Assembly (NCBI GenBank): GCA_964498325.1 | Contig: CAZCHF010000016.1 | Span: 1-52,442 of the forward strand | Origin: an uncultured Candidatus Kuenenia sp. | GTDB taxonomy: Bacteria; Planctomycetota; Planctomycetia; Pirellulales; UBA1268 | Length of the DNA: 52,442 nucleotides | Direction of reading: 5' to 3' | Shown: piece after piece, positions 37,378 to 48,300 of the stretch | How the letters are laid out: the number at the start of each line of letters is the position of its first letter | How positions within the stretch are numbered: the first letter of the stretch is position 1 | Notes under the pieces: generated by a model | The model's database searches: none | What the model saw: the letters and a program-made list of their open reading frames with translations, nothing else | Told to the model about the DNA's origin: nothing | Position numbers and translations under genes: made by a program

Positions 37378-38985
37378 CTACGCCGGGACTGTCCCCGCGG
37401 CGTCCTGCGGCTTGTCATCGGGCGTGAGCTTCGCGAGATACTCGGGCACCTCGATGCCGGCGACGTCCTTGAGTACCTGGACCATCGGAGGCAAGCTGCG
37501 CGACAGGCCATTCAAAAAACTGGCCGTGCTCGACTGGCCGGAATTACCCCCTTGCTCCCACACGACCACCTTGTCGAACTTGATATTCGAGATCGCCTGG
37601 GCGCTTGTTTGTGCCAGCACGTCGAGGTGTTCGAGCATGAGCAACTGAAATGCCTGCTGCGAGCCCCCGCAGGCGCTGATGATGCGTTCGAGGCCTTCCC
37701 CCTTCTTCGCCAGGATCTCGTACTGGCCACGGGCCTCGGCCTCGAGCTTGGCATAGATCGCCGCCGCCTCGGCCATGGCTGATATCTTCCGCTTCTCGGC
37801 CTCGGCTTCGGCCTCCACGATCGTCTTGGCCTTGTCAGCCTTGGCGGGCGCCTCGAGCGCCGCTCTCTGCTCCGCTTCCACGCGTTCGGCTTCAGCCAGG
37901 GCCGCCTTGGCCATGGCCCGGTTTTGAGCTTCGAGCACGGCGGCCTCGGCCTCGCGCTTGCGGGTTTCGGCCAACTGATACGCGTCGGCCTTCTTGACGT
38001 GCAGGTCGGCCTGGGCCGCGGCAATGTCCGCCTGGGCCTTGGACTCACCGGCGATCGCCTTGGCGTTCGCCTCGGCCACCGCGATGCGTTTGGCCCGATC
38101 GGCCTCGTTGATCTGGATCTCCTTCTGGAAACTGGCCGTCTGCTCGCCGATCTCTTGGTCGCGGTTGAATTCGGCGAGCCGCACCGCCTGCTCTTGGTTG
38201 AGCTGCGACACCCGGACGATCTCTTCCTGCTTCGCCTCCTTCATGCCGATTTCGCGAAGCTTCGCAGCGTTGGCCACCTGCACGGCCATGGCACGCTCGG
38301 CCTCGGCCACCCGGATCTCGCCTTCCTTCTCTTGCTCGGCCACGTCACCGCGGGCCTGCTGCAGTGCTTGGCTGGCGGCCTTCTGACCGAGGGCCTTGAT
38401 GTAGCCGCTTTCGTCCTTGATGTCGGTGATGTTGACGTTGATCAGCACGAGACCGATCTTCTTGAGCTCGGGCTCGAGGGAATGCTGGATCTGCTGCAGA
38501 AACTTCTCACGGTCGCGGTTGATGTCTTCGATGCGCATGCTCGCGATGACCTGGCGCATCTGCCCGAAGATGATGTCTTCGGCTTGTTGCTTGATCTGCG
38601 CCGTATTGAGTCCCAAGAGACGGATCGCCGCGTTCTGCATGATCTCGGGCTGGGTGCCGATGGCCACGGTGAACACGCTCGGCACTTCCACCCGGATGTT
38701 TTCCGCGCTCAACGCATCTTTGAGCGGCACGCCGATTTGAATCGGCTCGAGATGCAGAAAGGCGTAGTCCTGGATCACGGGCCAGATGAAAGCGGCACCG
38801 CCGTGGATGCACTTGCTGGTCGTTCCGCCACGCACCTTGCCGTAGATCACGAGGATGCGATTGGACGGGCATCGCTTGTAGCGATTGATGACGAACACGA
38901 GCGTGCTGAAAAGGAACAACCCCGCAAGGATCGAGGCGATGGCGATGACCATCGTGGGCGAGAGCAGAGAACTGGCAGCGAACAT
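37378..38985 (-). CDS. Flotillin / SPFH (band-7) domain protein (YqiK/FloT-like)
   Basis: N-terminal TM helix, an SPFH domain (…VIYGKVRGG…FIWPVIQDYAFLHLEPIQIGV…) and a long Ala/Glu-rich coiled coil. ATG at 38985. Confidence 0.85.
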   Translation of the reverse strand: MFAASSLLSPTMVIAIASILAGLFLFSTLVFVINRYKRCPSNRILVIYGKVRGGTTSKCIHGGAAFIWPVIQDYAFLHLEPIQIGVPLKDALSAENIRVEVPSVFTVAIGTQPEIMQNAAIRLLGLNTAQIKQQAEDIIFGQMRQVIASMRIEDINRDREKFLQQIQHSLEPELKKIGLVLINVNITDIKDESGYIKALGQKAASQALQQARGDVAEQEKEGEIRVAEAERAMAVQVANAAKLREIGMKEAKQEEIVRVSQLNQEQAVRLAEFNRDQEIGEQTASFQKEIQINEADRAKRIAVAEANAKAIAGESKAQADIAAAQADLHVKKADAYQLAETRKREAEAAVLEAQNRAMAKAALAEAERVEAEQRAALEAPAKADKAKTIVEAEAEAEKRKISAMAEAAAIYAKLEAEARGQYEILAKKGEGLERIISACGGSQQAFQLLMLEHLDVLAQTSAQAISNIKFDKVVVWEQGGNSGQSSTASFLNGLSRSLPPMVQVLKDVAGIEVPEYLAKLTPDDKPQDAAGTVPA

Positions 38986-39132
38986 GCAAAATCCTTTCGA
39001 GGCAGGTTGCGAGGAACCGAGCGGTCCAAGCATAGTTCGGCCCCGGGCGATCTGCTCGTGGAGGGCGTGCCCGAAGCAGGGCCCGACAAACACCGAATGA
39101 AAGGCGGAAATCCGCCTCCACCGAACGTCGGA

Positions 39133-39735
39133 CTACGAGCCTCCTGGAAGCACCTTCTCCCATGCGTGCGTGCCGCGGGGAGATACTTCGACAGTATCGG
39201 GGCCTGCCACGCCCACCACGACCACGGGCTCGCCGGCGGCCAGCGCGCCACTCGCCGTGACGGCCTGGTACTCCATCGTCCGGTTCTGCACGACGAGTGT
39301 CACCTTGCCCGCACCGGCTTTGTGGGCGGGGATCGGGAGATACACCGTGCCCTCGAGGCCCACGGCGCTTTCAATATGCACTGTCCCGTCGGCCCGCAGT
39401 GTGCCCAGGAGATACATGACCCACGCCACGAACGCCAAGGCCGCTAGTCCTGCGACAGTAGCGACGACGACCGAAATCAGGGCCGAGACTGCAGTGCCGG
39501 ACGTGGCCAGGCCACCGAGGCCGAAAAAGGTGACCCCCGCCAACACGGCGCGAATGCTGAGGACACCCAGAATCCAATTCAACGTGTCGTCGTTTCCCCC
39601 GCCATGCCCATGGCCGTCGATTGCGGATTCCCAACCGGAATCGTGGCTGTCACCAAGCCCGAGCAGGCCCATCAGGAGGTGGCAGGCAAAGATCGTTCCG
39701 CCAGCGAGAGCGCATACGAAATAGACCTGCTCCAT
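39133..39735 (-). CDS. NfeD/YqiJ-like membrane protein with C-terminal OB-fold
   Basis: TM helices followed by a beta-rich tail (GTVYLPIPAHKAGAGKVTLVVQNRTMEYQAVTASGALAAGEPVVVVGV). The yqiJ-yqiK type pairing with flotillin. Confidence 0.7.
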   Translation of the reverse strand: MEQVYFVCALAGGTIFACHLLMGLLGLGDSHDSGWESAIDGHGHGGGNDDTLNWILGVLSIRAVLAGVTFFGLGGLATSGTAVSALISVVVATVAGLAALAFVAWVMYLLGTLRADGTVHIESAVGLEGTVYLPIPAHKAGAGKVTLVVQNRTMEYQAVTASGALAAGEPVVVVGVAGPDTVEVSPRGTHAWEKVLPGGS

Positions 39736-39847
39736 CACATCACGTCCTCTCGCACCACGGAAGAATTGCTTGCATGCACGCTGCGCGACTGGCCAAAGAA
39801 TAGGAAGGACGCTGGCATCCCCGCAAACCTGCGTAGCGCATTGCCGA

Positions 39848-40363
39848 TCACAGTGCCAATCCGGCGTATGCGGCAATGGATGCCATGATGGCAAGGGCCA
39901 CGCTCGCCCACGGGCGCTTCACCATGATCATGATTGTGAGAACGACGCCCGCAAGAATGGGGGTGGCAACGACGAACTCCACCGCGAGGACCGGCAGCGT
40001 CGCATCCTGAAGCACGCGAATCGCGAGAAACGCCAGGACAACGGTGCCCCCTGCGACCGAAACCGTCTTCCAGCCGCGGCCGGCAAACTGGTTTGCCACA
40101 TGGGCCGCCAGGTACATGGCGTACGGAAAGAACAGTTCCCGATTGCCGGTGGCATCGGACGCGACCAGCCACCCCAGCGCCGGCACGATCCCCAGGAGCG
40201 ATCGCAACCGGAAATCTGCCATGACCTGCGCGATGCAGGCGAGCACACCCAGGGCCACCCATGGCGGTCCTCCGAGGATGTGGGCCGCCGCCAGAAAGGC
40301 CAGCTCGACCGCAATGAATGCTGGTACGGCAAACCGTCGCGGTGGATGATCAGGCACCATCAT
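39848..40363 (-). CDS. Hypothetical 171-aa polytopic membrane protein, first gene of the NfeD-flotillin unit
   Basis: This is the lower part of the listed ORF 39848..41140. ATG at 40363 (MMVPDHPP...). 5-6 hydrophobic helices. The rest of that listed ORF is antisense to the BASS gene. Confidence 0.4.
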   Translation of the reverse strand: MMVPDHPPRRFAVPAFIAVELAFLAAAHILGGPPWVALGVLACIAQVMADFRLRSLLGIVPALGWLVASDATGNRELFFPYAMYLAAHVANQFAGRGWKTVSVAGGTVVLAFLAIRVLQDATLPVLAVEFVVATPILAGVVLTIMIMVKRPWASVALAIMASIAAYAGLAL

Positions 40364-40450
40364 GAGAGCAGTTTCTTCGGGGCAGGATATCCTCTGCCTC
40401 GCGCGAGCGTCGCTGTTCATTGCCACTTTCACGGAAAGCCTGACTCCCCG

Positions 40451-41389
40451 ATGACACGATTTCTCGAGCATCTTGCCAACGCGTTTCCGGTGTGGGTCGC
40501 GGTCGCGTGCGGGCTCGCGCTCGTCGAGCCCACACTCTTCACCTGGTTCAACCCGTTCATCAGCCAGGGATTGGCCGTGGTCATGCTCGGCATGGGCATG
40601 ACGCTCTCGCCGGCCGATTTTGCCCGGGTGACCTCGCGGCCGGGAGCGGTCCTCGCCGGTTTCGTGGCCCAGTTTTCGATCATGCCGACCGCGGCGTGGG
40701 GGATCGCCACGCTCATGAATCTTCCCACACCGTTCGCCGTCGGCCTGATCTTGGTCGGCTGCTGTCCCGGCGGCACCGCATCGAACGTGGTCACGTACAT
40801 CGCCAAGGCCGATGTCGCGTTGTCGGTCACCATGACGACCTGCTCCACGCTCGCGGCGGTGATCTTCACGCCGCTGCTGACGAGTCTCTTGGCCGGTCAC
40901 CTTGTCGAAGTGGATTCGCTGAAGCTCTTTCTTGACACCCTTCAGGTGGTCGTGGCACCGGTGGCAATCGGCATCGCTCTCAATCAGTGGGCCCCCGCGA
41001 TCGTCACGCGGGTGACACCGGTGGCTCCGCTCGTGAGTGTCCTGGCGGTTGCACTCATCTGTGGGGCCATCATCGGCCAGAATGCTGCAGCCGTTCGAGA
41101 GAGTGGCCTCACGCTCCTCACTGGGATCGTGCTGCTCCATGCGATCGGGTTTGGCGTGGGCTACGCCTTCGCCCGCGTGTTTCGGTTTTCACCGGTCGTG
41201 GCCCGTACGATCTCGATCGAGGTCGGCATGCAGAACTCCGGCCTCGGGGCGGTCCTCGCCAAGAACAACTTTCCGGCGGAGCCGCTCACCGCCGTACCGT
41301 GCGCCATCTCCGCCCTCGTCCACTCCGTCCTCGGCAGCATGCTGGCCGGCCTCTGGCGACTCTGGCCACCCTCGTTCACCCGGCCATGA
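40451..41389 (+). CDS. Bile acid:sodium symporter (BASS/SBF) family transporter
   Basis: ATG at 40451 (MTRFLEHLANAFPVWVAVACG...). The SBF pattern …GLILVGCCPGGTASNVVTYIAKADVALSV… The upstream 227 codons of the listed ORF are low-complexity junk. Confidence 0.8.
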   Translation: MTRFLEHLANAFPVWVAVACGLALVEPTLFTWFNPFISQGLAVVMLGMGMTLSPADFARVTSRPGAVLAGFVAQFSIMPTAAWGIATLMNLPTPFAVGLILVGCCPGGTASNVVTYIAKADVALSVTMTTCSTLAAVIFTPLLTSLLAGHLVEVDSLKLFLDTLQVVVAPVAIGIALNQWAPAIVTRVTPVAPLVSVLAVALICGAIIGQNAAAVRESGLTLLTGIVLLHAIGFGVGYAFARVFRFSPVVARTISIEVGMQNSGLGAVLAKNNFPAEPLTAVPCAISALVHSVLGSMLAGLWRLWPPSFTRP

Positions 41390-42395
41390 TGGCAATGCTG
41401 ACGAGTGCCGTGATGGTCGCGACGAACACCGCACTGAGCACCCAAAAGGCTCGCTGCTGAAATCGCTGGGCGGCCGCCACGTCGTCAAAGTCGAGCCACG
41501 TGGCGGTCGCGAGCACCGTGCCCAAGCCCGCGAGCACATAGGCGTATGCCGCCAGGTGAATTTTGTCCATGAGCACCAAGTAGTCGACGCTCGGCATGGT
41601 TTCGTTGGCCGCCAATTGGATGGCGACCACCGTCAAGAGCGATGTGATGCCCACGCCCAGGCGCGCGTCGACGAACGTCACTTTGAGCCGCAGCATCAAA
41701 GACGCGCCGATCGCGACACAGAGAACGGGCAAGAGCATCTTGAGAGTCGACGTCACCAACGGTCGCTGGATGGGAATTTCGATACGGACTCGCGAGTAGG
41801 CGTTGGGTTCGGTGCGTCGCACGTCGCCAAACGCGGTGGGGTAGTCGAATCGCTCCACCGTGAGCTCGGGTCGCCCGACACGAAAGCCTGGCAAAACCAG
41901 GCGAGGATTCAGCGCCACCGGCTCGTCGTCTGGCTGATAGACGAGACGATTCACCTCATGCACGGCATCTTCCAATTCCACGACCAACGATTGGCGATCG
42001 TAGGGGTAGTTGTTGAAGAAGAATTTGTGGCTGAACCGACCTTGGATGCGGAGCACCTGATACCGCTCACCCGTGGGGAGCTCGATGGTCTCGGCGTACT
42101 GCGGCTCCTTGACATGCCCCCAGAGTTCGTTCGGATTGACGATCTCCACGGTCTCGGACGGCATCAGATCGGGATCGCGCCATCGGAACCAGATGTAGAT
42201 GTCCATCGCATAGCTGTGCTCCCGCAAGTTGAGCGATTGCACATCGTTGACATAGGCACCCACGACGACGGTCGCCGGGCCGGCTCGATCGGCGTCTTGC
42301 CCGTGGGCCGCGGCCAGCGTGAGGAGCCGCCCACCGCAGAGCAGGCACGGCACAACCCAGCAAAGAAAGGATGGGCCGGTCAACGACGCGTTCAT
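41376..42395 (-). CDS. Prokaryotic pentameric ligand-gated ion channel (Cys-loop receptor superfamily homolog, GLIC/ELIC-like, without Cys-loop disulfide)
   Basis: Signal peptide at the ATG at 42395. Extracellular-domain motifs (…SYAMDIYIWFRWRDPDL…, …YPYDRQSLVVELE…), followed by four TM helices M1-M4. Confidence 0.8.
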   Translation of the reverse strand: MNASLTGPSFLCWVVPCLLCGGRLLTLAAAHGQDADRAGPATVVVGAYVNDVQSLNLREHSYAMDIYIWFRWRDPDLMPSETVEIVNPNELWGHVKEPQYAETIELPTGERYQVLRIQGRFSHKFFFNNYPYDRQSLVVELEDAVHEVNRLVYQPDDEPVALNPRLVLPGFRVGRPELTVERFDYPTAFGDVRRTEPNAYSRVRIEIPIQRPLVTSTLKMLLPVLCVAIGASLMLRLKVTFVDARLGVGITSLLTVVAIQLAANETMPSVDYLVLMDKIHLAAYAYVLAGLGTVLATATWLDFDDVAAAQRFQQRAFWVLSAVFVATITALVSIAIMAG

Positions 42396-42527
42396 GACGA
42401 TGAGTTGGGTGACGGTTCGCCGTTGATCATAACCGGCCGTGCATGACCGACGCGGGGTCGTTGACGCACCTCGACCTTGCGAACTTCGGAAAACCGGAAT
42501 CTTGACGGCCTGCCTGCACTCAGATAG

Positions 42528-42541
42528 TGTACGCACGTACA
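42528..42541. promoter_or_regulatory. Palindrome TGTACgcacGTACA (GTAC-N4-GTAC), candidate LexA/SOS operator overlapping the -10 region upstream of imuA
   Basis: Seen in sequence. TTGACG at 42502-42507, 17-bp spacer, then TAGTGT at 42525-42530 overlapping the palindrome. 36 nt upstream of the imuA ATG. Confidence 0.4.
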
Positions 42542-42576
42542 TTCATGCACACTGGGCGGCGGTGAGGTCCAAGGCC

Positions 42577-43575
42577 ATGGTGACCATTTTCTCGCAGGGC
42601 AACTGGCTGACTGGCGGCGAGCTTCAGGGACAGGAAGACGCTCGCGAAGCGATTCCAACGGGATTCAAGGGGGTCGATGCCCTGCTGCCTGCCGGCGGGC
42701 TGCGACGCGGCAGCCTCGTCGAATGGCTTGCCGGCAGCGATGCACAAACTGGCGATGTGGCCAGCGGCACCGGGGCCGTGTCATTGGCTTTGGCCATTGC
42801 ATGCCGGCTCGCCAAGCCAGGTTCTCGCACGGCCTCCAACGGCCGTTCCGGTGGCCATGCTGGCCGGAAGACGATTCTCGTCGTCGATCGAGGCGGTTGG
42901 TTTCATCCGCCGGCCGTGATGCCCTGGCTCGATGACTCGCGGCAGCTTGTCGTCGCTCGGCCCTCCCATGACGACGATGAGATCTGGGCGATCGACCAAG
43001 CCCTCAGATGCCGTGGGGTGGCCGCCGTCGTGGCCTGGCCACGTGGCATGAGCCGGGAGTTCGCCGACGTTCGACAAGAGAGCCGCTTCCATGGCACGCG
43101 GCGACTTTCCGCATGGACAACCGCCATGCGACGCTGGCAACTGGCGGCGCGATCAAGTGGCAGCATCGGCCTCTTCGTGCGGCCGGCTGCGGCGATCCGC
43201 GAGCCATCATGGGCTGAGGCGAGGTTTGCCGTGTCGCCGGCTCCTGGATCGCCTTCGCCTACTCGATCGCCTTCGCTTTCTAGAGCGTCTTCACTTCCTC
43301 GATCGCCTTCGCTTTCTGGATCGCCTTCGCTTCCAAGCGGCACGCTCACGCAAAGGCGGCTCATGATCGAACGGGTGGGAGGCGCCTGGAATGGTGGTCT
43401 CTCGGGGCAAGCGACCGAGATCGTGCTTGATCTGGCACGCGGCTGTGAGAGCCCGACGGTTCAGCGAACTGACATCAGCCTGCCCCTACCACGGCGTCGC
43501 GTAATCGCGAGAAGAAGCGCCGACGGGTCACAGGCTGAACTCACGCGAGGAGGTGTCGCATGCCGCGCGTCATGA
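42577..43575 (+). CDS. imuA: ImuA-like (RecA/SulA-fold) protein of the imuA-imuB-dnaE2 mutagenesis cassette
   Basis: N-terminal IPTGFKGVDALLPAGGLRRGSLVEWL resembles the ImuA/SulA-like ATPase-fold start. Position 5' of imuB-dnaE2. Ser/Pro-rich C-terminal repeats (SPSPTRSPSLSRASSLPRSPSLSGSPSLPSG). Confidence 0.7.
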   Translation: MVTIFSQGNWLTGGELQGQEDAREAIPTGFKGVDALLPAGGLRRGSLVEWLAGSDAQTGDVASGTGAVSLALAIACRLAKPGSRTASNGRSGGHAGRKTILVVDRGGWFHPPAVMPWLDDSRQLVVARPSHDDDEIWAIDQALRCRGVAAVVAWPRGMSREFADVRQESRFHGTRRLSAWTTAMRRWQLAARSSGSIGLFVRPAAAIREPSWAEARFAVSPAPGSPSPTRSPSLSRASSLPRSPSLSGSPSLPSGTLTQRRLMIERVGGAWNGGLSGQATEIVLDLARGCESPTVQRTDISLPLPRRRVIARRSADGSQAELTRGGVACRAS

Positions 43576-45311
43576 CGATCTGGTTGCCGCGATGGCCGGT
43601 GCAGCGGCGGCTCGTCGAGCGGCCCGAACTGCGAAAGCGGCCGGTGTTTGTCTGCCGACGTGAAGCTCGCGGGCTCATGACCGTGGCAGCGTGGGCGTGG
43701 GCTGAGCCGCCGAGACGCGAGCGTGTGGTGATCGAGTCGGGGATGTCGCTCGCCGAGGCCATGGGAGTCTTGGCGCTTGCCTACGGTTCGCAGGCCTGCC
43801 ATGCCACCGAGATCGATGCCGATGATCCCGTTGCCGACAGGACAGCCCTCGAAAAGCTCGCCCGCATGTGCCGGCGGTTTTCGCCGATCGTGGGCATCGA
43901 GACCGGGCCACCGAAACCGGGCCGCGGCATAGCCGGCTGCCAAACCGCAGCGGAGTGCCTTCACCTCGATGTGACCCACACGGCCGGTTTTTTTGGCGGC
44001 GAAGGGGCGCTTGCCCGCACCGCCGTCTGGACACTTGCCGCCCGCGGCCTCCATGCCCGCACGGCCATCGCCGACACGCCGGCCGCCGCCTGGGCTGCGG
44101 CGCACCACACCGATCGCATTGCCAAAGCGATGCCGATGACTGCCGGCGAGGCCCGGCGTTTCGGCACTGCCAGACACAAGCGTTACGCGATCGTGCCACC
44201 GGGCGGGCAACGGCTCTCCCGCGGCGAAGAGGCCCTGCTCGCAGACCTGCCGCTTTCGGCCCTGCGGCTCGAGCCTGCCGCGATCGACATGCTCCATGAA
44301 GTCGGTGTCGACACGATCGGCGGTGTGCTCCGGCTTTCGAGCAAGAGTCTGGCTTCGCGCTTCCCCGAAAGTGTTTCCCTGCGGCTGGCAGAGTTCACCG
44401 GCTCGCGGGCTGAGCCGATCGAACTGCCGCATGCGTCTCATCGTGACCAACTGCCGCAGGCCTCGCATGACTTCGAGCTTCCCCTGTCGCTTGCCTCGGT
44501 TGACGAGGCTGCGATGGCGAACCTCTTCGAATCTCTCATGGAGCAATGCACGCCGGCGCTCGCTGCACGTGGCGAAGGTATCACGGCGCTTCAAGTTCGT
44601 CTCGAGCCGTCCGTGGCAGCCTCCACGACGGCCACTGCCGCGCCGACGGTGATCGACGTCAGCCTGTTTCGGCCGAGTCGCTCACCGCGGCATCTGGTCG
44701 ATCTCGTGCGCCTGCGCATGGGTCGCATGCGACTCCCTCGCGAGATCGAGTCGATCACCATGGAGGTCGTGGCCACCGGGCCGGTCCTGTGCCGACAGCG
44801 GCCACTTTTTGATGCGCGTGTCGACGACCGCCCTGGCACCATCACGGAAGACGAAGCGCTGGAGGTCGGGCTGTTGCTCGACAGGCTCGCTGGCCGACTC
44901 GGTCGACCGGCCGTCTTTGAACCACACGCGGTGGCCGACTCACAACCAGAGCATGCCTGGCTTGCTGCCCCGCCTGCGACGGCGCCGGCAACCAAACGAG
45001 GCGGCAACCATCGCCTCGAGCGGGCTGGCAGACGACCGGTCTGGATGCCGCCGCGGCCGATTCCACTTGAAGACTGTGAAGGGAATCCGGCGCCGGTGCA
45101 ATTTCGGCTTGGTGGTGCCCTCCACCATGTCCTGAAGGCACACGGGCCTGAGCGAATCGAGACGGCCTGGTGGCGCGGGCCCACGGTTCGCCGCGATTAC
45201 TACGTCGTGGAGACGGATTCGGGAGCGAGGTTTTGGCTCTTTCGGCGGCTCGGCAGTCGACCACGAGGCGTCCGCGAGAGCGGCTGGTATCTGCACGGCG
45301 TGTTTGCCTGA
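43560..45311 (+). CDS. imuB: ImuB, Y-family DNA polymerase-like (catalytically inactive type) protein
   Basis: The start MTIWLPRWPVQRRL is typical of ImuB. Y-family palm/fingers-like N-half and a long C-terminal region. Overlaps the imuA stop. Confidence 0.8.
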   Translation: MPRVMTIWLPRWPVQRRLVERPELRKRPVFVCRREARGLMTVAAWAWAEPPRRERVVIESGMSLAEAMGVLALAYGSQACHATEIDADDPVADRTALEKLARMCRRFSPIVGIETGPPKPGRGIAGCQTAAECLHLDVTHTAGFFGGEGALARTAVWTLAARGLHARTAIADTPAAAWAAAHHTDRIAKAMPMTAGEARRFGTARHKRYAIVPPGGQRLSRGEEALLADLPLSALRLEPAAIDMLHEVGVDTIGGVLRLSSKSLASRFPESVSLRLAEFTGSRAEPIELPHASHRDQLPQASHDFELPLSLASVDEAAMANLFESLMEQCTPALAARGEGITALQVRLEPSVAASTTATAAPTVIDVSLFRPSRSPRHLVDLVRLRMGRMRLPREIESITMEVVATGPVLCRQRPLFDARVDDRPGTITEDEALEVGLLLDRLAGRLGRPAVFEPHAVADSQPEHAWLAAPPATAPATKRGGNHRLERAGRRPVWMPPRPIPLEDCEGNPAPVQFRLGGALHHVLKAHGPERIETAWWRGPTVRRDYYVVETDSGARFWLFRRLGSRPRGVRESGWYLHGVFA

Positions 45312-45340
45312 AACACAAAAAAGAAACGGAGACCCAGAGC

Positions 45341-48300
45341 ATGAACCACGCAGTGCCACGGTATGCCGAGCTCCACTGCACGAGCAACTTTTCATTTCTC
45401 CAAGGTGCCTCGCATCCTGAGGAGCTCGTCACGCGAGCGGCCGAATTCGGCTATGAGGCTCTGGCGATCACCGACCTCGCCACCCTCACGGGAATCGTGC
45501 GAGCCCATGGGGCCGCCAAGCAGGCAGGAATCAAGCTCATTGTCGGGGCACAACTCGAACTGGCAGACGCCGCGTCGCTTGTCGTCTGGGCCGCCGATGC
45601 GAAAGGCTACGCCAATCTCTGCCATTTGCTGACACACGGCTACGCCCAGGCTGCCGAGAAACCCGTTGATCACGACCGGCGAGCGCCGCACGATGCGGCG
45701 AGCGCCGACCATGGAAAACCTCGGCTTTTCCATCGGTCGGCCAAGTGGAAAAAGGCCAGGGCTGGCTTTTTCCACGGACAGTCAGATCTCGATCATGATG
45801 ACGACATCCCGACTCACAGTGCCGGCGCATGTTTCCTGACGCGTGACGATGTCGCAAGGCATGCCCAAGGTCTCCTGGCAGGCGTGCCGCTGGCGGCGAT
45901 CGACCACGACCGACCAGGTGGCGATGACCAACTCCGAGAAGCAACGCACAAGCTCAGGCACTGGCACGAGATCTTTGGCGACCGGCTGTGGGCCCTCGCC
46001 GAAGTGGCGCTCGAAGGAGACGATGCCGAACGGCTCGCTTGGTTCGGTCGCGTAGCCCGACAGGCTCGTGTTCCTGTCGCAGCGGCAGGTGATGTGCGCT
46101 ACCACGCGCGCAGCCGGATGCCACTCTTTGATGTGGTGACGGCGGTGCGGCATCGCAGCACGGTCGACACCATCCGAGGCCGGCTGCTTGCCAATGGCGA
46201 GCGGCATCTCCACAAAATCCAGCGGATCGCCAAGCGGTTTGCGGCACTGCCGGGAGCGGTCGAACGGTCGGCCGAAATCGCCGCCCGCTGCACGTTCTCG
46301 CTCGATGAACTGAAATACGAATACCCGCTGGCCACCGTGCCGCCTGGCCGCACCGCTGCCGAGCACCTGGCTGACATGGTCTGGAAGGGTGCTCGCAAGC
46401 GGTATCCCGACGGGATTCCCGAGAAGGTACGGGAGCTTGTCGCTCATGAGCTCGCGATCGTCACCGACCTCGGCTACGAGGCTTATTTTCTCACTGTCTT
46501 CGACATCGTGCGCTTTGCTCGACGACAGAACATCCTCTGCCAGGGGCGCGGGTCGGCGGCCAACTCGGCCATCTGCTACTGCCTGGGCATCACGTCGGTC
46601 GATCCGGCTCGGATGAACGTCCTCTTCGAGCGGTTCGTGAGCCGCGAGCGGCGTGAGGCCCCCGACATCGATGTCGACTTCGAGCATCACCGCCGCGAAG
46701 AAGTACTGCAATATATCTACGAAACGTATGGCCGCGACCGAGCTGCCATGACGGCCGAGGTGATTTCCTATCGGCTGCGATCCGCCGTCCGCGACGTCGG
46801 CAAGGCTCTCGGGCTCTCGCTCGATCGCATTGACTCGCTCGCCACGGTGCTCGACGTGGGCGATCGCATCGATGATCTACCGGCCCGGCTTGGCGAGGCG
46901 GGCCTTGATCCGGCGAGTGATACTGGCCAAAGACTTGTGACGCTCGTCGGCGAGCTGATCGGCTTTCCGCGGCATCTCGGTCAGCATGTCGGGGGCATGG
47001 TGATGACGCGGGGGCGGCTTGTCGATCTCGTGCCCGTGCAGCCGGCCACGATGCCCGGCCGCACGATCGTGCAGTGGGACAAAGACGACCTCGACGAGCT
47101 CGGCATCCTGAAGGTCGATTGCCTCGCCCTCGGCATGCTCACCGCGATCCGCCGAGCTTTTGAGCTTGTGGAGCAATCTGGAGGCCCTCGGCTCACGCTG
47201 GCCACGGTGCCGGCCGAGGATCCGGCTGTCTACGAGATGATCTCGCGGGCCGACACGATCGGTGTCTTTCAGATCGAGAGCCGAGCCCAGATGAGCATGC
47301 TGCCGCGGCTCCGGCCCAAGTGTTTTTATGACCTCGTGATCGAGGTGGCGATCGTGCGGCCAGGCCCGATCCAGGGCAACATGGTGCATCCCTATCTCCG
47401 GCGGCGAAACGGCGAGGAGGCCGTCACCTATCCCAACGATGCAATCCGAGAGGTGCTCGAAAAAACGCTCGGCGTACCGCTCTTCCAGGAGCAGGCCATG
47501 CGGCTGGCAGTGGTCGCGGCGGGCTTCACGCCAGGCGAAGCCGATCAACTGCGACGGGCGATGGGAGCCTGGCGACGGCCAGGCGTGATCGACGAGTTTC
47601 ACCGAAAACTTGTCGACGGCATGCTCGCCCGCGGGCTTTCCAAGGAATTTGCCGAGCATGTTTTCAACCAGATTCGCGGGTTTGGTGAATACGGATTTCC
47701 AGAGTCGCACGCGGCGAGCTTTGCACTCCTGGTGTATGTGTCGGCCTGGCTGAAGCATCACCACCCGGCAGCTTTTACCGCCGCGCTTCTCGCCAGCCAG
47801 CCCATGGGTTTTTATGCACCAGCCCAACTCGTCCGCGATGCCCGCAATCACGGCGTGAAGGTGCTTCCAGCCGACGTGAATGCAAGCGCATGGCACGCCA
47901 CGCTCGAGCGAAGCGAGAAGCCAAACGCCCAACCGTCGCTGCGACTCGGACTCGAGCAGGTCTACGGGCTGGGCGAAGCGGAAGCCGAGCGCATCGTGGC
48001 TGCTAGACGAGACGGTTCTTTCAAACTGCCACGCGATCTGGTCCGACGAGCAAAGCTCGATCGCGAGGCGCTTTTGCATTTGGCCCGTGCAGGAGCCCTT
48101 GCATCGCTCGGGCTCTCGCGTCGCCGTGCCGTCTGGGAAGCGATGCAGTGTCTCGACAAACCGGCGAGCCGGCCGCTCCTGGAAAGCCTCTCGGATCATG
48201 ACGACACCGACGAGGATGGCGATGCGGGCGGTCTGCCTGCCATGACGCGGCAGGAAGAGGTCGTTGCCGACTACCGCACCGGCGGACTTTCACTCACGGC

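Noticed and set aside
37924-39447. 507-aa plus-strand ORF
   Set aside because: Antisense to the flotillin and NfeD genes. Leu/Gly/Asp-repeat translation produced by the Ala/Glu-rich coiled-coil codons.
40364-41140. Upper part of the minus-strand ORF 39848..41140 and plus ORF 39770..40450
   Set aside because: The minus portion overlaps the BASS transporter gene in antisense. The plus portion, upstream of the BASS ATG at 40451, translates to His/Arg/Gln-rich junk. Only the 39848..40363 segment is retained, as a tentative membrane protein.
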